Position numbers and translations under genes: made by a program. Below, piece by piece: positions 43,837 through 54,705 of a stretch of 64,000 bases of DNA; the first letter of the stretch is position 1; each line of letters opens with the position of its first letter. Below the pieces are notes generated by a model. The model did no database searches and was not told the origin of the DNA. It was given only the letters and a program-made list of their open reading frames with translations. Origin of the DNA: an uncultured Gammaproteobacteria bacterium (lineage in GTDB: Bacteria > Pseudomonadota > Gammaproteobacteria > UBA9214); the NCBI GenBank assembly GCA_963773065.1, contig CAVYZN010000005.1, forward strand, positions 64,001 through 128,000. Reading direction: 5' to 3'.

Positions 43837-45639
43837 TCAGGCCGAGTGCGGGTTCAACTCGGGGAGTTCCGTCTTTGCACGGTGTGGATTGCGCCGGCGA
43901 TGCGAGAACAACCGCGGACGCAACTGGTTCCTGAAATCGCTCTTCCAGGCATTGAAGTCCAGTGGCCGTGCACCGTAGATCGCGCTATCCAATGATTGGA
44001 CCAGGGCACGGAGTTTGGCCGGTTCGGCCTGCGGGTTGACCTCGATGAGTTTCTCCACGATTTGCGGCAATGGCGTATATGGCGCGATCTTGAGATGCTG
44101 GCAGATGCGGTTCTTGAACTGCACGCACCATTCCCGGGGACTGTCCTCCTGTTCGATACAGCGTGTGCACATCCAAAGCTTGATCGGTAGGGGCATGAAT
44201 AGCACGAGACCCATGCGCAGTTTTCGCAGGTACTTAATAACATTCAATCGCTGCATGGCGGCATGTGATGCGGCCATCGTCCGCCCCTTCACCGTAACCA
44301 ACGCGGTCACAGTTGCCGCCACGGCGGTTTTGAGAATCGGGCGTGTGCGCGCCCAGTTACCCAACCAGTAACCCACGATCATCCCCAGGGTAATCAGCAA
44401 GGGAAACCAGAAGAAGATGGAGTATCCACTGCCGCTGACTGCGCGTGCGGCATTTGCACTAATCCCGCTGCTCGGCAAGGCTTCAGGCTGATCGGACTGG
44501 CCGGCGATTTCGACGGTGTTCGAATCGACGTCCCACCACGCAACCCCGAGTTGGGGTAACCGTATCCAGCCATCCTTGAGGGGTATCAGGGTGTAGGTTT
44601 CCTTGCGGCTACCGATCAGGTAGGCCCCGTCATTTGAAATGCCATTTTTGGTCGTGGTCGATTCGCGATATACGCGGAAATCGTCGCTCACAAGTTGCTG
44701 TTCGAGCGTGGGCAGTTGGTCGCCGAGAGCCCCCTTGGCTTCCAGCTCAAGGGTCAGGGTTACCGGGGTGCCCTCCTTGACGCGTTGTTCATTCGACAAC
44801 TGCGCTTTCAATTTCAAATCATTCAACGGCAGCCAGGGTTTCACGGTCGGCTCTGCCGGCTGCACCCGGAGGGTAATAGGTTTGATGGAGGCTATCGTGA
44901 ACGCCTCGTCGACACCTGCAGCCGGTGGCATACCCGGCATGACATTCCATTGCGTGTTACTGGCCGCTTGTGTTCCCTTGAAGCTGATGACAGGTATCAC
45001 GATTTCACCCGAGCGCAGTGGTGTCAGCTTGAAATGGTAGGTATTGACGATTTCTCGGTTAGCGCTGTATTTGTCCGTGCGCATACTCGCAACAGGGCCA
45101 TCCACTTTCTGCAGCACGGCTCCTTCTATGTACGGCAGGATCGGGTTCAGCGTCATGAGATTATCACTGCTGACCACGCGCACGGCGTAAACGATATTCT
45201 GCTGTTCAAAAGGCGAAGTCTCGCTGACTTCTACCTCGACATTCGGTTGGCCGGCCGCGGCGGTCGCGGGTGTTTGTCCGGCGTATGGTGCATAGGCCTG
45301 CGGTGGCAGCATCGGGTTAAGCGCGCCTGGCCAACCGGTGTTGGGCGCTCCGCCGAGATAATATCCGCTGTCGGCACCGTTATTCATGGTCTGGTAACTG
45401 TAGCTGTAACTGTAGCCATTGCTGCCGCTGGCGGAGTTGTTCTCGACCTGAAGGCCGGGCTTGTATGCTCCGATATTGCCCCATGGACGATTTGTGGTGG
45501 TGCGAGAAGACTTTCCGCCGCCTTGATTACCGCTAGTGCTGAAACTGAAGGAGAAACTACTGGCCGTCTGGGTGACGCCGGAGAGGAAACTTGTCAGCAG
45601 ACAGATGAGACAGAATCGGGACATTTTCATACGATACAT
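43837..45639 (-). CDS. BatD-like exported protein with low-complexity N-terminal extension
   Basis: Signal peptide, PFEQQNIVY.V, LTPLRSG.I.IP, WLPL..L.L, G.R.ETYTLIP...G...LP.....WWD, TM. Confidence 0.8.
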   Translation of the reverse strand: MYRMKMSRFCLICLLTSFLSGVTQTASSFSFSFSTSGNQGGGKSSRTTTNRPWGNIGAYKPGLQVENNSASGSNGYSYSYSYQTMNNGADSGYYLGGAPNTGWPGALNPMLPPQAYAPYAGQTPATAAAGQPNVEVEVSETSPFEQQNIVYAVRVVSSDNLMTLNPILPYIEGAVLQKVDGPVASMRTDKYSANREIVNTYHFKLTPLRSGEIVIPVISFKGTQAASNTQWNVMPGMPPAAGVDEAFTIASIKPITLRVQPAEPTVKPWLPLNDLKLKAQLSNEQRVKEGTPVTLTLELEAKGALGDQLPTLEQQLVSDDFRVYRESTTTKNGISNDGAYLIGSRKETYTLIPLKDGWIRLPQLGVAWWDVDSNTVEIAGQSDQPEALPSSGISANAARAVSGSGYSIFFWFPLLITLGMIVGYWLGNWARTRPILKTAVAATVTALVTVKGRTMAASHAAMQRLNVIKYLRKLRMGLVLFMPLPIKLWMCTRCIEQEDSPREWCVQFKNRICQHLKIAPYTPLPQIVEKLIEVNPQAEPAKLRALVQSLDSAIYGARPLDFNAWKSDFRNQLRPRLFSHRRRNPHRAKTELPELNPHSA

Positions 45640-45742
45640 AATATTACCCTGTTGCCGTGATTGTGCATGTCGGATCAGGCATTAACATGCGCGGAATTAT
45701 TAGAATGCCCCACGTAGCATGATATAGCACAGAACACTACTT

Positions 45743-47515
45743 TTACCATGGTCTCGTTTCCATCACCATTCGTCCACGGCGATCCAATTCCTGCCGTTCC
45801 TCGATCATGAACTGGTTTTTCAACAAATAGGTCGGATCACCTTCAATCTGCTCCAGCAATTGATCCATCATGATCATTGAGATATCGGACCCTGGTTTGC
45901 CGTTTTCATCGGGTATGCCGGCAGGCTTTTCCGCATTCTTTCCACCAGGACCGGTCCCCAACTGGTCAAATCGGTCCACGGCCTGGCTTGCCTTGGTATC
46001 CTTTTCAGTGATTTCGCCGGGAGACCTGCCTGAGCCGGCTGACTGCTCGGACCCGCTACCCGCTTCCTGCTGGTCGCGTTTCTTATCGCCTCCCGCAGCA
46101 TCTTTATCTTCGTCCTTCCCACCGCCGCCCATCTCCAGCCCGACATCCCCTAGACTACCATTCTTTTCATCGGGTTTCACACCGCCATCACCCGAGTCCT
46201 TTTGTTTATCCTGGCCACCCGCCTTGGACTCCAGTTGCTGTTTTTCACCTCCGGACTCTCCCTCGGGTTTCTCCTCTTTACCCGCCTGACTTTCTGGCTT
46301 TGATTTTTCAGCGGATTGGCCCTTGGATTCCTGCTCCGGGTTAGCCGATTCCTCCTTGGCATCCTCCTCCTTTCCCTTGTTTCCCTTTAATTTCTGGTCC
46401 TTTTCGCTGGATTCACCCATGGATTCTTGCTTGCCGGCGTTGCCACTGGTTTCCTCGCCCTTGTCTCCGGATTTGCCTTGAGTGTCCTTTTTGTCCGACG
46501 CACCCTTTGATTCCTTGTCCTGCTTACCCGATGCTCCCTCGGAATCCTGTTTGTCAGACTGGCCTTTTGACTCCTGATCCTGTTTCCCGGATTCACCCTT
46601 CGATTCCTGGTCACCGGACTGTTGTTTGGATTCCTTCTGCTGGTCGCCGGACTTCTGTTCCTTGGACTCCTGCTGCTGGTCGCCGGATTTCTGTTCCTTG
46701 GATTCCTGCTGCTGGTCGCCGGACTTCTGTTCCTTGGACTCCTTCTGCTGGTCGCCGGACTTCTGTTCCTTGGACTCCTTCTGCTGGTCGCCGGACTTCT
46801 GTTCCTTGGACTCCTTCTGCTGGTCGCCGGACTTCTGTTCCTTGGATTCCTTCTGCTGGTCGCCGGATTTCTGTTCCTTGGACTCCTTCTGCTGGTCGCC
46901 GGATTTCTGCTCCTTGGATTCCTTCTGCTGGTCGCCGGACTTCTGTTCCTTGGATTCCTTCTGCTGGTCGCCGGACTTCTGCTCCTTAGATTTCTGTTCC
47001 TCGGACTTCTTTTCTTCAGATTTCTGCTTATCTTCTGGCTGGTCCTTTTTTTCCTCAACCATCTCCTCGGTCTTGGTCTCCTCGACCATTTTCTTCGCTA
47101 GCCCCAGATTGTGCAGCGTGTCTTCATCATTGGCGCGCAACGTCAGCGACTGTTCGTAGGCTTCGATCGCGCCAGGGTAATCACTTTGCTTGAAACGGGT
47201 ATTGCCGAGGTTGTAGAGGGCATCCGCCTTGACATCCTCACGCTTGACGCTGGCAAATGCTTCACCGGCATCCTTATAACGGCCTGCACGGTAAAGTGCG
47301 ACGCCGCGCCGGTAAGCATCGGAAAAACCGCTCGCCGCAGCCGCGTAGTCACCCTCTTCATAGTTTTTGGCAGCTTCCTGCTCGGGGGTTTTGAACAGGG
47401 CGGCACCGGCCGTCATTGGTACGCCCAGCGCTGCCAGCAGGAGCCACACTGTACCGCCCCGCAACAGCTTCCAACGGTAGGCCATGTGCTGATCGGATCC
47501 TGGTCTTCGCATCAT
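45743..47515 (-). CDS. BatC-like TPR protein with K/E/Q/S-rich linker
   Basis: Signal peptide, TPRs (RRGVALYRAG.Y, ALYNLGN..F, AI.AY..SL), tail LEQIEGDP..LLKNQF...RPW. Confidence 0.85.
   Translation of the reverse strand: MMRRPGSDQHMAYRWKLLRGGTVWLLLAALGVPMTAGAALFKTPEQEAAKNYEEGDYAAAASGFSDAYRRGVALYRAGRYKDAGEAFASVKREDVKADALYNLGNTRFKQSDYPGAIEAYEQSLTLRANDEDTLHNLGLAKKMVEETKTEEMVEEKKDQPEDKQKSEEKKSEEQKSKEQKSGDQQKESKEQKSGDQQKESKEQKSGDQQKESKEQKSGDQQKESKEQKSGDQQKESKEQKSGDQQKESKEQKSGDQQKESKEQKSGDQQQESKEQKSGDQQQESKEQKSGDQQKESKQQSGDQESKGESGKQDQESKGQSDKQDSEGASGKQDKESKGASDKKDTQGKSGDKGEETSGNAGKQESMGESSEKDQKLKGNKGKEEDAKEESANPEQESKGQSAEKSKPESQAGKEEKPEGESGGEKQQLESKAGGQDKQKDSGDGGVKPDEKNGSLGDVGLEMGGGGKDEDKDAAGGDKKRDQQEAGSGSEQSAGSGRSPGEITEKDTKASQAVDRFDQLGTGPGGKNAEKPAGIPDENGKPGSDISMIMMDQLLEQIEGDPTYLLKNQFMIEERQELDRRGRMVMETRPW
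46626..46985 (-). repeat. 36-bp tandem repeat x10 (KEQKSGDQQ[K/Q]ES)
   Basis: Ten in-frame units counted in the translation. Confidence 0.95.
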
Positions 47516-48548
47516 TTTGTTCGCCGGTAACTTGGAAGCGTCCGCCGGAACTGCGGCAACAGCAACAGCACTGCCAGTCCGGCCAGGAGGTAGAAACGTT
47601 CATTCCAGACCCGGGTGCGTTCGTCCCGTTCCGTGTTGGGCAAGCGCCGCCGCCTTCACCTGGGCGAGGATATCGCGGGTATCACTATCCCGGTAATCCG
47701 CCCTCTCGTATATCCCGCCACCGGCCGATGCGAGTGCTTTCAGTTCCGGTTCGTTCAGTGCGGATATTACCGGTTGACCGTTTCCTGGCCGTTAGCCAGG
47801 GATTATCGTTAGCCGGGACGGCACCGCCTTCCGGGGTACCGACACCCAACACATGCACGCGCACCCCGGCGTCAGCGAAGGATCGCACCCGTTCTTCCAG
47901 TCCCGCTTCATCAAAATCCCCATCGGTGATGATCAGCAGCGAGTTGACACTTTCCGCCGGCTGGCCGGCAATAAGTTCCTTCGCCCGGTCAAGTGCAAAC
48001 GAAAGCCGGCTTCCCTGGAGCTGCACCAGCCGGGTATCGAGCGCGGACAATACCCGGCGTATGCCATTCATGTCTTCCGTGATCGGTGATACCACATGCG
48101 CAACCGATGCGAAGGCAATCAATCCCACACGTATGCCCCGGTTCTGGTTAAGGATGTCTTCGAGTTCCTGACGTGCACGCGCCAGCCGCGTGGGCTTAAC
48201 ATCCGTCACGTTCCATGGAACGCGAAATATCGAACAACACCAGAAGATTGGTGCCCGGCTTGAACAACTGCACATCCGTGAAATCCCAGCGTGGACCCGC
48301 CATGGCCAGCACCATCAAGGTCCAAATACCCGTCCAGCGTGCAAAACGTTTCCAGCGCGTCCGTGGTGAGGTCTCCGTGCGACCGAGGAGATAGGGCATC
48401 AGATGGGCATCGGCATAGTTGCGTATCCGTTCATTCCTGCCAAGGCCGGGAAGAATCAGCAGCCAGAGGGCAACCGGGATGCAGAGCAGCAGGGCCCATA
48501 GCCAGGCGGGCTCCGAGAAATGGAAGGATGCGAGAAAGCCTCATCCAT
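47512..48548 (-). CDS. BatB-like VWA protein (several frameshifts)
   Basis: AMAGPRW, DISRSM MIDAS, DVKPTRL.RAR, VGLIAFA, TDGD, LGVGTPEG across several frames. Confidence 0.85.
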
Positions 48549-49579
48549 GCGCGCGTGCCCTGAACCAGGTCCTGGGTATGCCATCCGGGAACAGGCCAAG
48601 CACCAGCAGGACAAACAGCGCCACGCCCAGTGGCCAGCGATAGAGCGGGCTGGGAATCATGACGCTGCGCGATTCTGCCTTGGTTTTTTCCAGCGTATCG
48701 ATGCGTTGATAAATCTTTCTCCAGCGCATCGGTATCCGTGGCTCGGAAGTAGGCGCCGCCGGTCATGTCCGCAAGTTCAGTCAACAATTCCTCGTCGATT
48801 TCCATCTTTTGCTCGGTCATCCGGCCGTCTTCGATGAATGGCACCAGTCCCTTGCTGCCCACGCCTATCGTGTAGATACGGATTCCTTCCTTGGCGGCCA
48901 GTTGCCCGGCCAAGCGGGGCGGTAGGCTGCCCGCGGTGTTTTCACCATCGGTAAGCAGGATCATGACTCTCGATCCCTCCGGGCGTTCCCGCAATTTTTT
49001 TACAGCCAGGCCAACGCCATCACCGATTGCCGTGGCGTCGCCGGCCATGCCTGAGACGATGCTGTCTACCAGTGCATGCACTGCACTGACGTCCAGTGTC
49101 ATCGGTGAGAACACAAATGCCTGACCGCCGAAAACTACCATCCCGATGCGATCCCCCTGCCGGGCCTGTATAAAACGTCCGATCACGCCCTTGACCACCG
49201 CCATGCGTGTGACCTGCCGGCCATTGACGCTAAAATCCAGGGCCTCCATGGACCGCGAGGTATCGATAACCAGCATCAGGTCATAGCCTTCGGTACGCAC
49301 CTCTGAATAGGGTTCCAGCCACTCCGGGCGCATCAGGGCGAGGATCAAGGCGACCCATAGCAGGGCCAGCATGATGGTCTTCTGCAAGCTGCCCGTATGG
49401 GTAAGGGATCGGGCCGACAAAAAAGTTGACGCCAACCGGCCAAGCGCCGGGTGCAGCAAGGTAGTGCCCTCACCCTGGCTGTAGTAATCGGATGGCTTGT
49501 GACGGCGCGGCCAGAACTTCCAGACGAGCAGCGGGAGCGGCAATAACAGGGCAAGCCACGGCCAATGAAAACTAAACAT
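48541..49579 (-). CDS. BatA-like VWA protein (frameshift near 48715)
   Basis: FHWPW.., ALMRP.W, DTSRSM, GDRIG..VFG, TAIGDG, LLTDGEN, YTIGVG, YFRATD. Confidence 0.9.
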
Positions 49580-50141
49580 GGCCAGACCCGGTTTTGCCAA
49601 GTATGCCGACCCGGACCGTCCGGATACGAGTCCGCACACCCATGCCCTTGCGCGTCGGTTGTGTAGCATCAATCCAGCGCGTTGCCGCGCGTATCAGCAA
49701 CGCCAGCTCCTTGCGTTCAACCTCCATGGACGGCGGCATGTATGGCGCCTTCAGCAGCACCTGGCCGCGTTCTTCCCAGTCAAAGCCGCTGGTATCCTTC
49801 TCCGCAAGCCAGTGCAGCCAGGTTTCCCCCGTCAATCCGGCGGCAACGCGGCGGCCACTGCGCGCCATCGCGATGCGCCGCAGAAGTTCCGATAACCGTC
49901 CCGCCACTTCCCGGGGATTTTCCCTCAGCAATGCCTTGCGCAAAGCATTGAGTTTGCGACGGGCATCGCTGCGCCAGCCCAACCACGGTCCATGGCGTAC
50001 CAGCCAGTATCCAATGACGATAACCACCGGGACAAGAGCGAGAGCGGCAATGACGTACCACCAACCCGGAGCCGGTGGCCACCAAGGAACCCCATCAAGG
50101 CCATGGATATCACGCAGGGTTCCCGAAAATGATTTCATCAT
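49572..50141 (-). CDS. DUF4381 membrane protein
   Basis: LRDIH....WWPPAPGWW, LLRR.A, LTG..WL.WL. Confidence 0.88.
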   Translation of the reverse strand: MMKSFSGTLRDIHGLDGVPWWPPAPGWWYVIAALALVPVVIVIGYWLVRHGPWLGWRSDARRKLNALRKALLRENPREVAGRLSELLRRIAMARSGRRVAAGLTGETWLHWLAEKDTSGFDWEERGQVLLKAPYMPPSMEVERKELALLIRAATRWIDATQPTRKGMGVRTRIRTVRVGILGKTGSGHV

Positions 50142-50143
50142 GT

Positions 50144-51059
50144 CTACACCCTGCCTCCCGCGTAACGCCGCAAGCCTTCAGTCAATACATAATGCACATC
50201 GGCGTCTGTGCTGACGGGAATAAAACCGATCCCGAGCCGGTAAGCCATCTGTTGGACCTCATTGCGACGCAATTCCCAATCGTCGCGAAATGCCTGCCGG
50301 CCCCGTTCATTATCCGTATCCACTTCCAGCAACTCGCCAACGGCATTGGAGAAAATGACGGATCCCATGGCGGGAAGGTCGCTATCGGCAGGATCATCGA
50401 TTGGCAGTAACAGTACATCATGGCGCTGACGCAGACTTCCCAGTGTGCGTTCCAGGCCGATCGAGACCTGGTTGATGGCGGCAATGACAAAGATCAACGA
50501 CCCGGTCGTGCTGCCGGAATCCAGATGCTGCAGCGCGGCAATTATTCGGGTGTCATCGATCTCGCCATGCTCGGCCGGTTTTGTCAGTGCTCGTAACAGA
50601 CGCCACAGACCGCGCCGCCCCGGGGTCGCCCGGAAATACTGGGTACCCATGGCCGGATTACCGAAGAGCACGCCACCAACCCGATCCTGCTGTTTGCTCG
50701 CGGCCCAGCCAATCAGCGCTGCGGTGCGCGCCGCCTGGATGGATTTGAAGGTGCCGCGGGTGCCAAAACTCATGTGCGGTCCGGTGTCGACGCACAGCAT
50801 GACGTTGCGCTGCCGTTCTTCGCGAAACACCTTGAGATGCGGCCTGCCGGTGCGGGCCGTGACCAGCCAGTCCATGTTGCGGATATCGTCACCTTCCCGA
50901 TACTCGCGCACTTCCTCGAAGTCCAGCCCGGTACCGCGGAAAACCGAAGAATAAAGGCCGGCGAAGGTCGAATTGACAAGATGATGCGCGGCGACACCCA
51001 GCGTCACGCGCCTGATGGCGAAGTTCTAGCAGGTCATCGAGCCGTGGATAGAGAATCAT
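50144..51059 (-). CDS. DUF58 protein (N-terminal frameshift near 51005)
   Basis: G.GLDFEEVREY..GDDIR.MDW.VTAR, K.F.EERQR, M.FGT; start MILYPRLDDLL at 51059. Confidence 0.9.
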
Positions 51060-51133
51060 TATTGGTCACAGGCCCGGATTAAGCGGAAAAGGTACAACAA
51101 TAGACACACCCGAACGGGCTACTGCTGAATGCA

Positions 51134-52126
51134 TCACGGAATTGCAACGACCTCCAGCAGTCGTCTGATGAAATCGCTGGTTGTTACCCCTTCCGCCTCG
51201 CCTTCAAAGGTCAACAGTATGCGGTGTCGCAGGACATCAGGCGCCACTGACTGGATATGATGGGGGGCAACGAATTCGTCGCCATCGAGCCATGCCCTGG
51301 CGCGCGCGCAACGCGCCAGAGCAATGGTTGCACGCGGTGAAGCGCCAAAGCGGCACCAGCGTTTGAGATCGGCATCGTAGGCACCCGGCTTACGGCTGGC
51401 TTGCACGAGATCCACGATGTAATTGTTCAACTTGGGATCGAGGTAGAGTTTTGTGGCATCCTCCCGCACTTTGAAGAGCTCCTCCTGGGATAATACCCTG
51501 GCAGGTGGTTCAGGCGATTTCAGCAGTTGTTTACTGTCGAGTTCGAGGATGGCCAGTTCTTCATCCCGATTCGGGTAATCCACCCAGACGTGCATCAGGA
51601 AGCGGTCCAGTTGGGCTTCCGGCAAGTGATAAGTGCCTTCCTGCTCGATCGGATTCTGTGTTGCCAGCACCATAAACAGTCTGGGCATGGTATAGGTATG
51701 CAGGCCCACAGTTACCTGATATTCACCCATGGCCTCAAGCAGCGCCGACTGTACCTTCGCCGGTGCCCGGTTCACTTCATCGGCAAGCAGGATATTGTGA
51801 AAAAGCGGCCCGGGACGAAACTCGAATTCACCCTTTTCATGACGGTAGATATCGGTTCCTATCAGGTCGGATGGTAACAGATCCGGTGTGAACTGAATGC
51901 GGTGAAAATTGCCTTCGATGGCTTCCGCCAATGATTTTACCGCTGTCGTCTTCGCCAGACCGGGCATGCCCTCCACCAGAAGATGTCCCTGGCTCAACAG
52001 GCAGATGAGCATGCTGTCAACGAGATCGCGCTGTCCGATAACCCGTGAGGCGAGGTGGGCACGGACACTGTCTAGTACCGAGGGATCGATGTGGCGGTTA
52101 ATCGCCTGGCTGCTGACGTTCAACAA
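51134..52126 (-). CDS. MoxR-family AAA+ ATPase
   Basis: EGMPGLAKT, RIQFTPDLLPSD, LADEVNRAPAKVQSALLEAM, ATQNPIEQEGTY.LPEAQLDRF. Confidence 0.96.
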   Translation of the reverse strand: MLNVSSQAINRHIDPSVLDSVRAHLASRVIGQRDLVDSMLICLLSQGHLLVEGMPGLAKTTAVKSLAEAIEGNFHRIQFTPDLLPSDLIGTDIYRHEKGEFEFRPGPLFHNILLADEVNRAPAKVQSALLEAMGEYQVTVGLHTYTMPRLFMVLATQNPIEQEGTYHLPEAQLDRFLMHVWVDYPNRDEELAILELDSKQLLKSPEPPARVLSQEELFKVREDATKLYLDPKLNNYIVDLVQASRKPGAYDADLKRWCRFGASPRATIALARCARARAWLDGDEFVAPHHIQSVAPDVLRHRILLTFEGEAEGVTTSDFIRRLLEVVAIP

Positions 52127-52315
52127 TGCACTGGTCTCCTGGACACTTCGGTATTCAATCCCGAAGATAATCAGTTTATAACCCGCCTTATGTTATCCCG
52201 ATTTACAGATGATGTTTACGGATTTCAAACTGAATGGGGTACAGTCGGACTGTCGATTTAATTGATAATGATACATTTATAAACTTAATATTCATTTATT
52301 ACAAGCGATGTCCGA

Positions 52316-52329
52316 TTGATCTGAATCAA
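52316..52329. promoter_or_regulatory. FNR/Dnr box
   Basis: Perfect TTGAT-CTGA-ATCAA in an AT-rich region about 190 bp upstream of moxR. Confidence 0.75.
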
Positions 52330-52463
52330 TATTCCCAGACGTTTCTGACAATCTTGTCATGCTGAGAGTGTCGGATGGGAATGCGGACCTGGCCTTGTTC
52401 GCAGGCCTATTGACAGCTTTATCGATGCCTCGAAACGAAGGGGAGTTTCTGACTTATTCAGGT

Positions 52464-53997
52464 TTACTCTGTTTTTCCGGGGGTTGGGTATGCCCCAGAG
52501 GTATCGCCAGATACACCGACGATTTCTGAACTGAAACCGCGTATCGGCTTTGTTTGCCTGCCTGAAGGGTCAGTAAAGGTGTCGTTCAGCTTCTGTATGT
52601 AATCGTTGGCCTCGGCGATGACGCGATGCAGGCGTTTACGGGTGGACTTGCCCCAGCCAACGGGATTGGTGGCAAAGATACTGTGCCATCCCCGCGTATT
52701 GTAGTGAAACGCAGTCCTCAGCCGTTCGTATTCCAGACCCGGTGCAAATTCTGTCGCAATGAATCTTAAAACCCTACGCGCCGCCAGTTTCCGGATCTTG
52801 AAATGCAGGTAGACCAGCACCATGGCGATCATGGCCAGCGCGAACCTGCTCCAGACCATGGTACCGGTCGAACCATGCCATTCGGCCGGGCACGGACCAG
52901 CGCCAGCCATCGCGCAAACCAAGCCAGCGGGTTGACAACACGGCAACCACCAGAAATGCCCCGAGAAGGACGCCGTCACCCCACAGGACCAGTCGCCGCC
53001 AGCGCGCTTTGTAGTCCCGCAGCCATGGTATGACCTTTTCTTCGATATGGTGCGCCATTTTTTCAAGCGAGCCGATGATCCGGTAGGCGCGTTCGACGCC
53101 GACACGCTGGATCCTGTCATGGATTTCGACGAGATCATGATCACGCTTGGACTCGTAGCGCTTGCGGATCGCCTCATCCGCGATGGTTACGGCGACATCG
53201 GGATTGTAGATACTGTAAAAGCGTCCTGCCGTCAGGCCCTCCTGGGCCAGGGCGCGTTGCCAGGCACCGATAACCTCTTCCGGGTTGTCCTCGCGTGCGG
53301 TGGTATCCATCTGATTCAGGATATAGACGAACTTGGTCGCGTCCGGACGATGTATGGTGTTGCCCACCAGATGCGCCAGGGTGTCACGCATCGCCCCCGG
53401 TTCAGGATGACGCGCATCGAAAAACACCAGTACCAGATCCGAGAGGTCGACAATGTGATCGGTAAGTCGCAGTGTTGCCGTACGCTGGGAATCGGCATCG
53501 AAGCCCGGTGAGTCAATGATGATCCTGCCCCGCAATCTCTCACTCGGACATGTCTTTAGCTGAAGATAGCTGTCCACGCGACGCCCTTCACCGATCGCGA
53601 CTTTTTCGAGTTCGTTACTGATCTGGTAGAAAGGAAAACGCGGATCCGCATCCAACGCCACACCGGGCAGTGACTGTGACGGGTGTTCACCCCCGAAACA
53701 GATCACCGTAAATTTGTCATCTACAGCCTGATTCCCAGTCTGCTGTAATCTGGCGCCAAGAAAGTGATTGATAAAAGTTGATTTGCCTGCCGAGAAGGTC
53801 CCCAGCACCGAGATCATGGGCCACCAGGAAATCTGGGTAGCGAAGGACTGTTCGGTGTCCAGCATGCCGAGTGTATGTCCCGCCTGGTCGAGGTGGCGAT
53901 AGCTCTCGACGGCCGAGACCAGCACCGGATTCTCCTTCTTCAGGTGCTGTTCCAGGCTTTTCAGCCGTTGCTTGATGGTCTTACCTGCGCCGGTCAT
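52464..53997 (-). CDS. Dynamin-superfamily (EHD-like) NTPase with C-terminal TM helices (frameshift near 52860)
   Basis: G1 GTFSAGKS, LPGVALDADPRFPF, G3 DSPG, G4-like NQMD, two hydrophobic segments. Confidence 0.85.
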
Positions 53998-54096
53998 TGA
54001 CGGTTCCTGCAGCTAACCATCGGCGTGATTCGGGGAGTCGGCAAAGGCGGAAACGAAAACCGATAGAAGAAAATCGTGGCAGAGTTATCTGCAAGG

Positions 54097-54634
54097 CTAG
54101 GGTAGTATGCTGCTCATCACGTTCATGGGACCTGTCGCCGTGTGTACGTTACGGCTCATGTTGCCGAGGTCATTACGCATCTGGTACATGGGCACCGTCA
54201 TGACGGTCATGGACCTGTTGATGCTGTCCATCGTTTTCACCATGTTGTTCATGGTTACGGACTCGGTACCCCACATCCGTCGCGATGGCATCCAGATTGT
54301 CCGAAATGACGGCCACATTACCGGAGACGACATTCATTTTGTCGGCAACGTTTTCCAGTGAAACAACCACGGTCTCCATGCTCCTCGCCAGCCGGCCAAC
54401 GTCATTGGTTAACGTGTAGATGAGATAAAAGCCATAGGAAGCCAGCACGATGAAGGCCAGCAGCGAGGGATAGACCACCAGTTCCCAACGACGTGCACTG
54501 GCTTCAAAGTTGCGCGCAAACTTGTCGATACAGACGGCCAGATCCTGAGGAATGGCGTTATTGCCAGCGCTGGCAGCCGTTATACCCGATAGCCTGCTTT
54601 TCCTGCATTTCCCGTCCCTCGCTTTAGTAATCAA
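54097..54634 (-). CDS. Single-TM Met-rich coiled-coil protein (frameshift near 54270)
   Basis: FEASARRWELVVYPSLLAFIVLASYGFYLIY followed by heptad repeats rich in M/V/N. Confidence 0.75.
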
Positions 54635-54705
54635 TGCCGCTTGCGAGGCAGTATAAAGGAAACAAGGGGCGATGGCGCTCTTGACATTTGCCAGAGAGAT
54701 CGGCT

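Noticed and set aside
46626-46985. CRISPR array (36-bp repeats)
   Set aside because: No spacers, in-frame coding tandem repeat, and no cas genes.
46387-47159. Alternative-frame repeat ORFs (RNRSPATS, LLLVAG, WSPDFCS)
   Set aside because: Shadows of the BatC tandem repeat.
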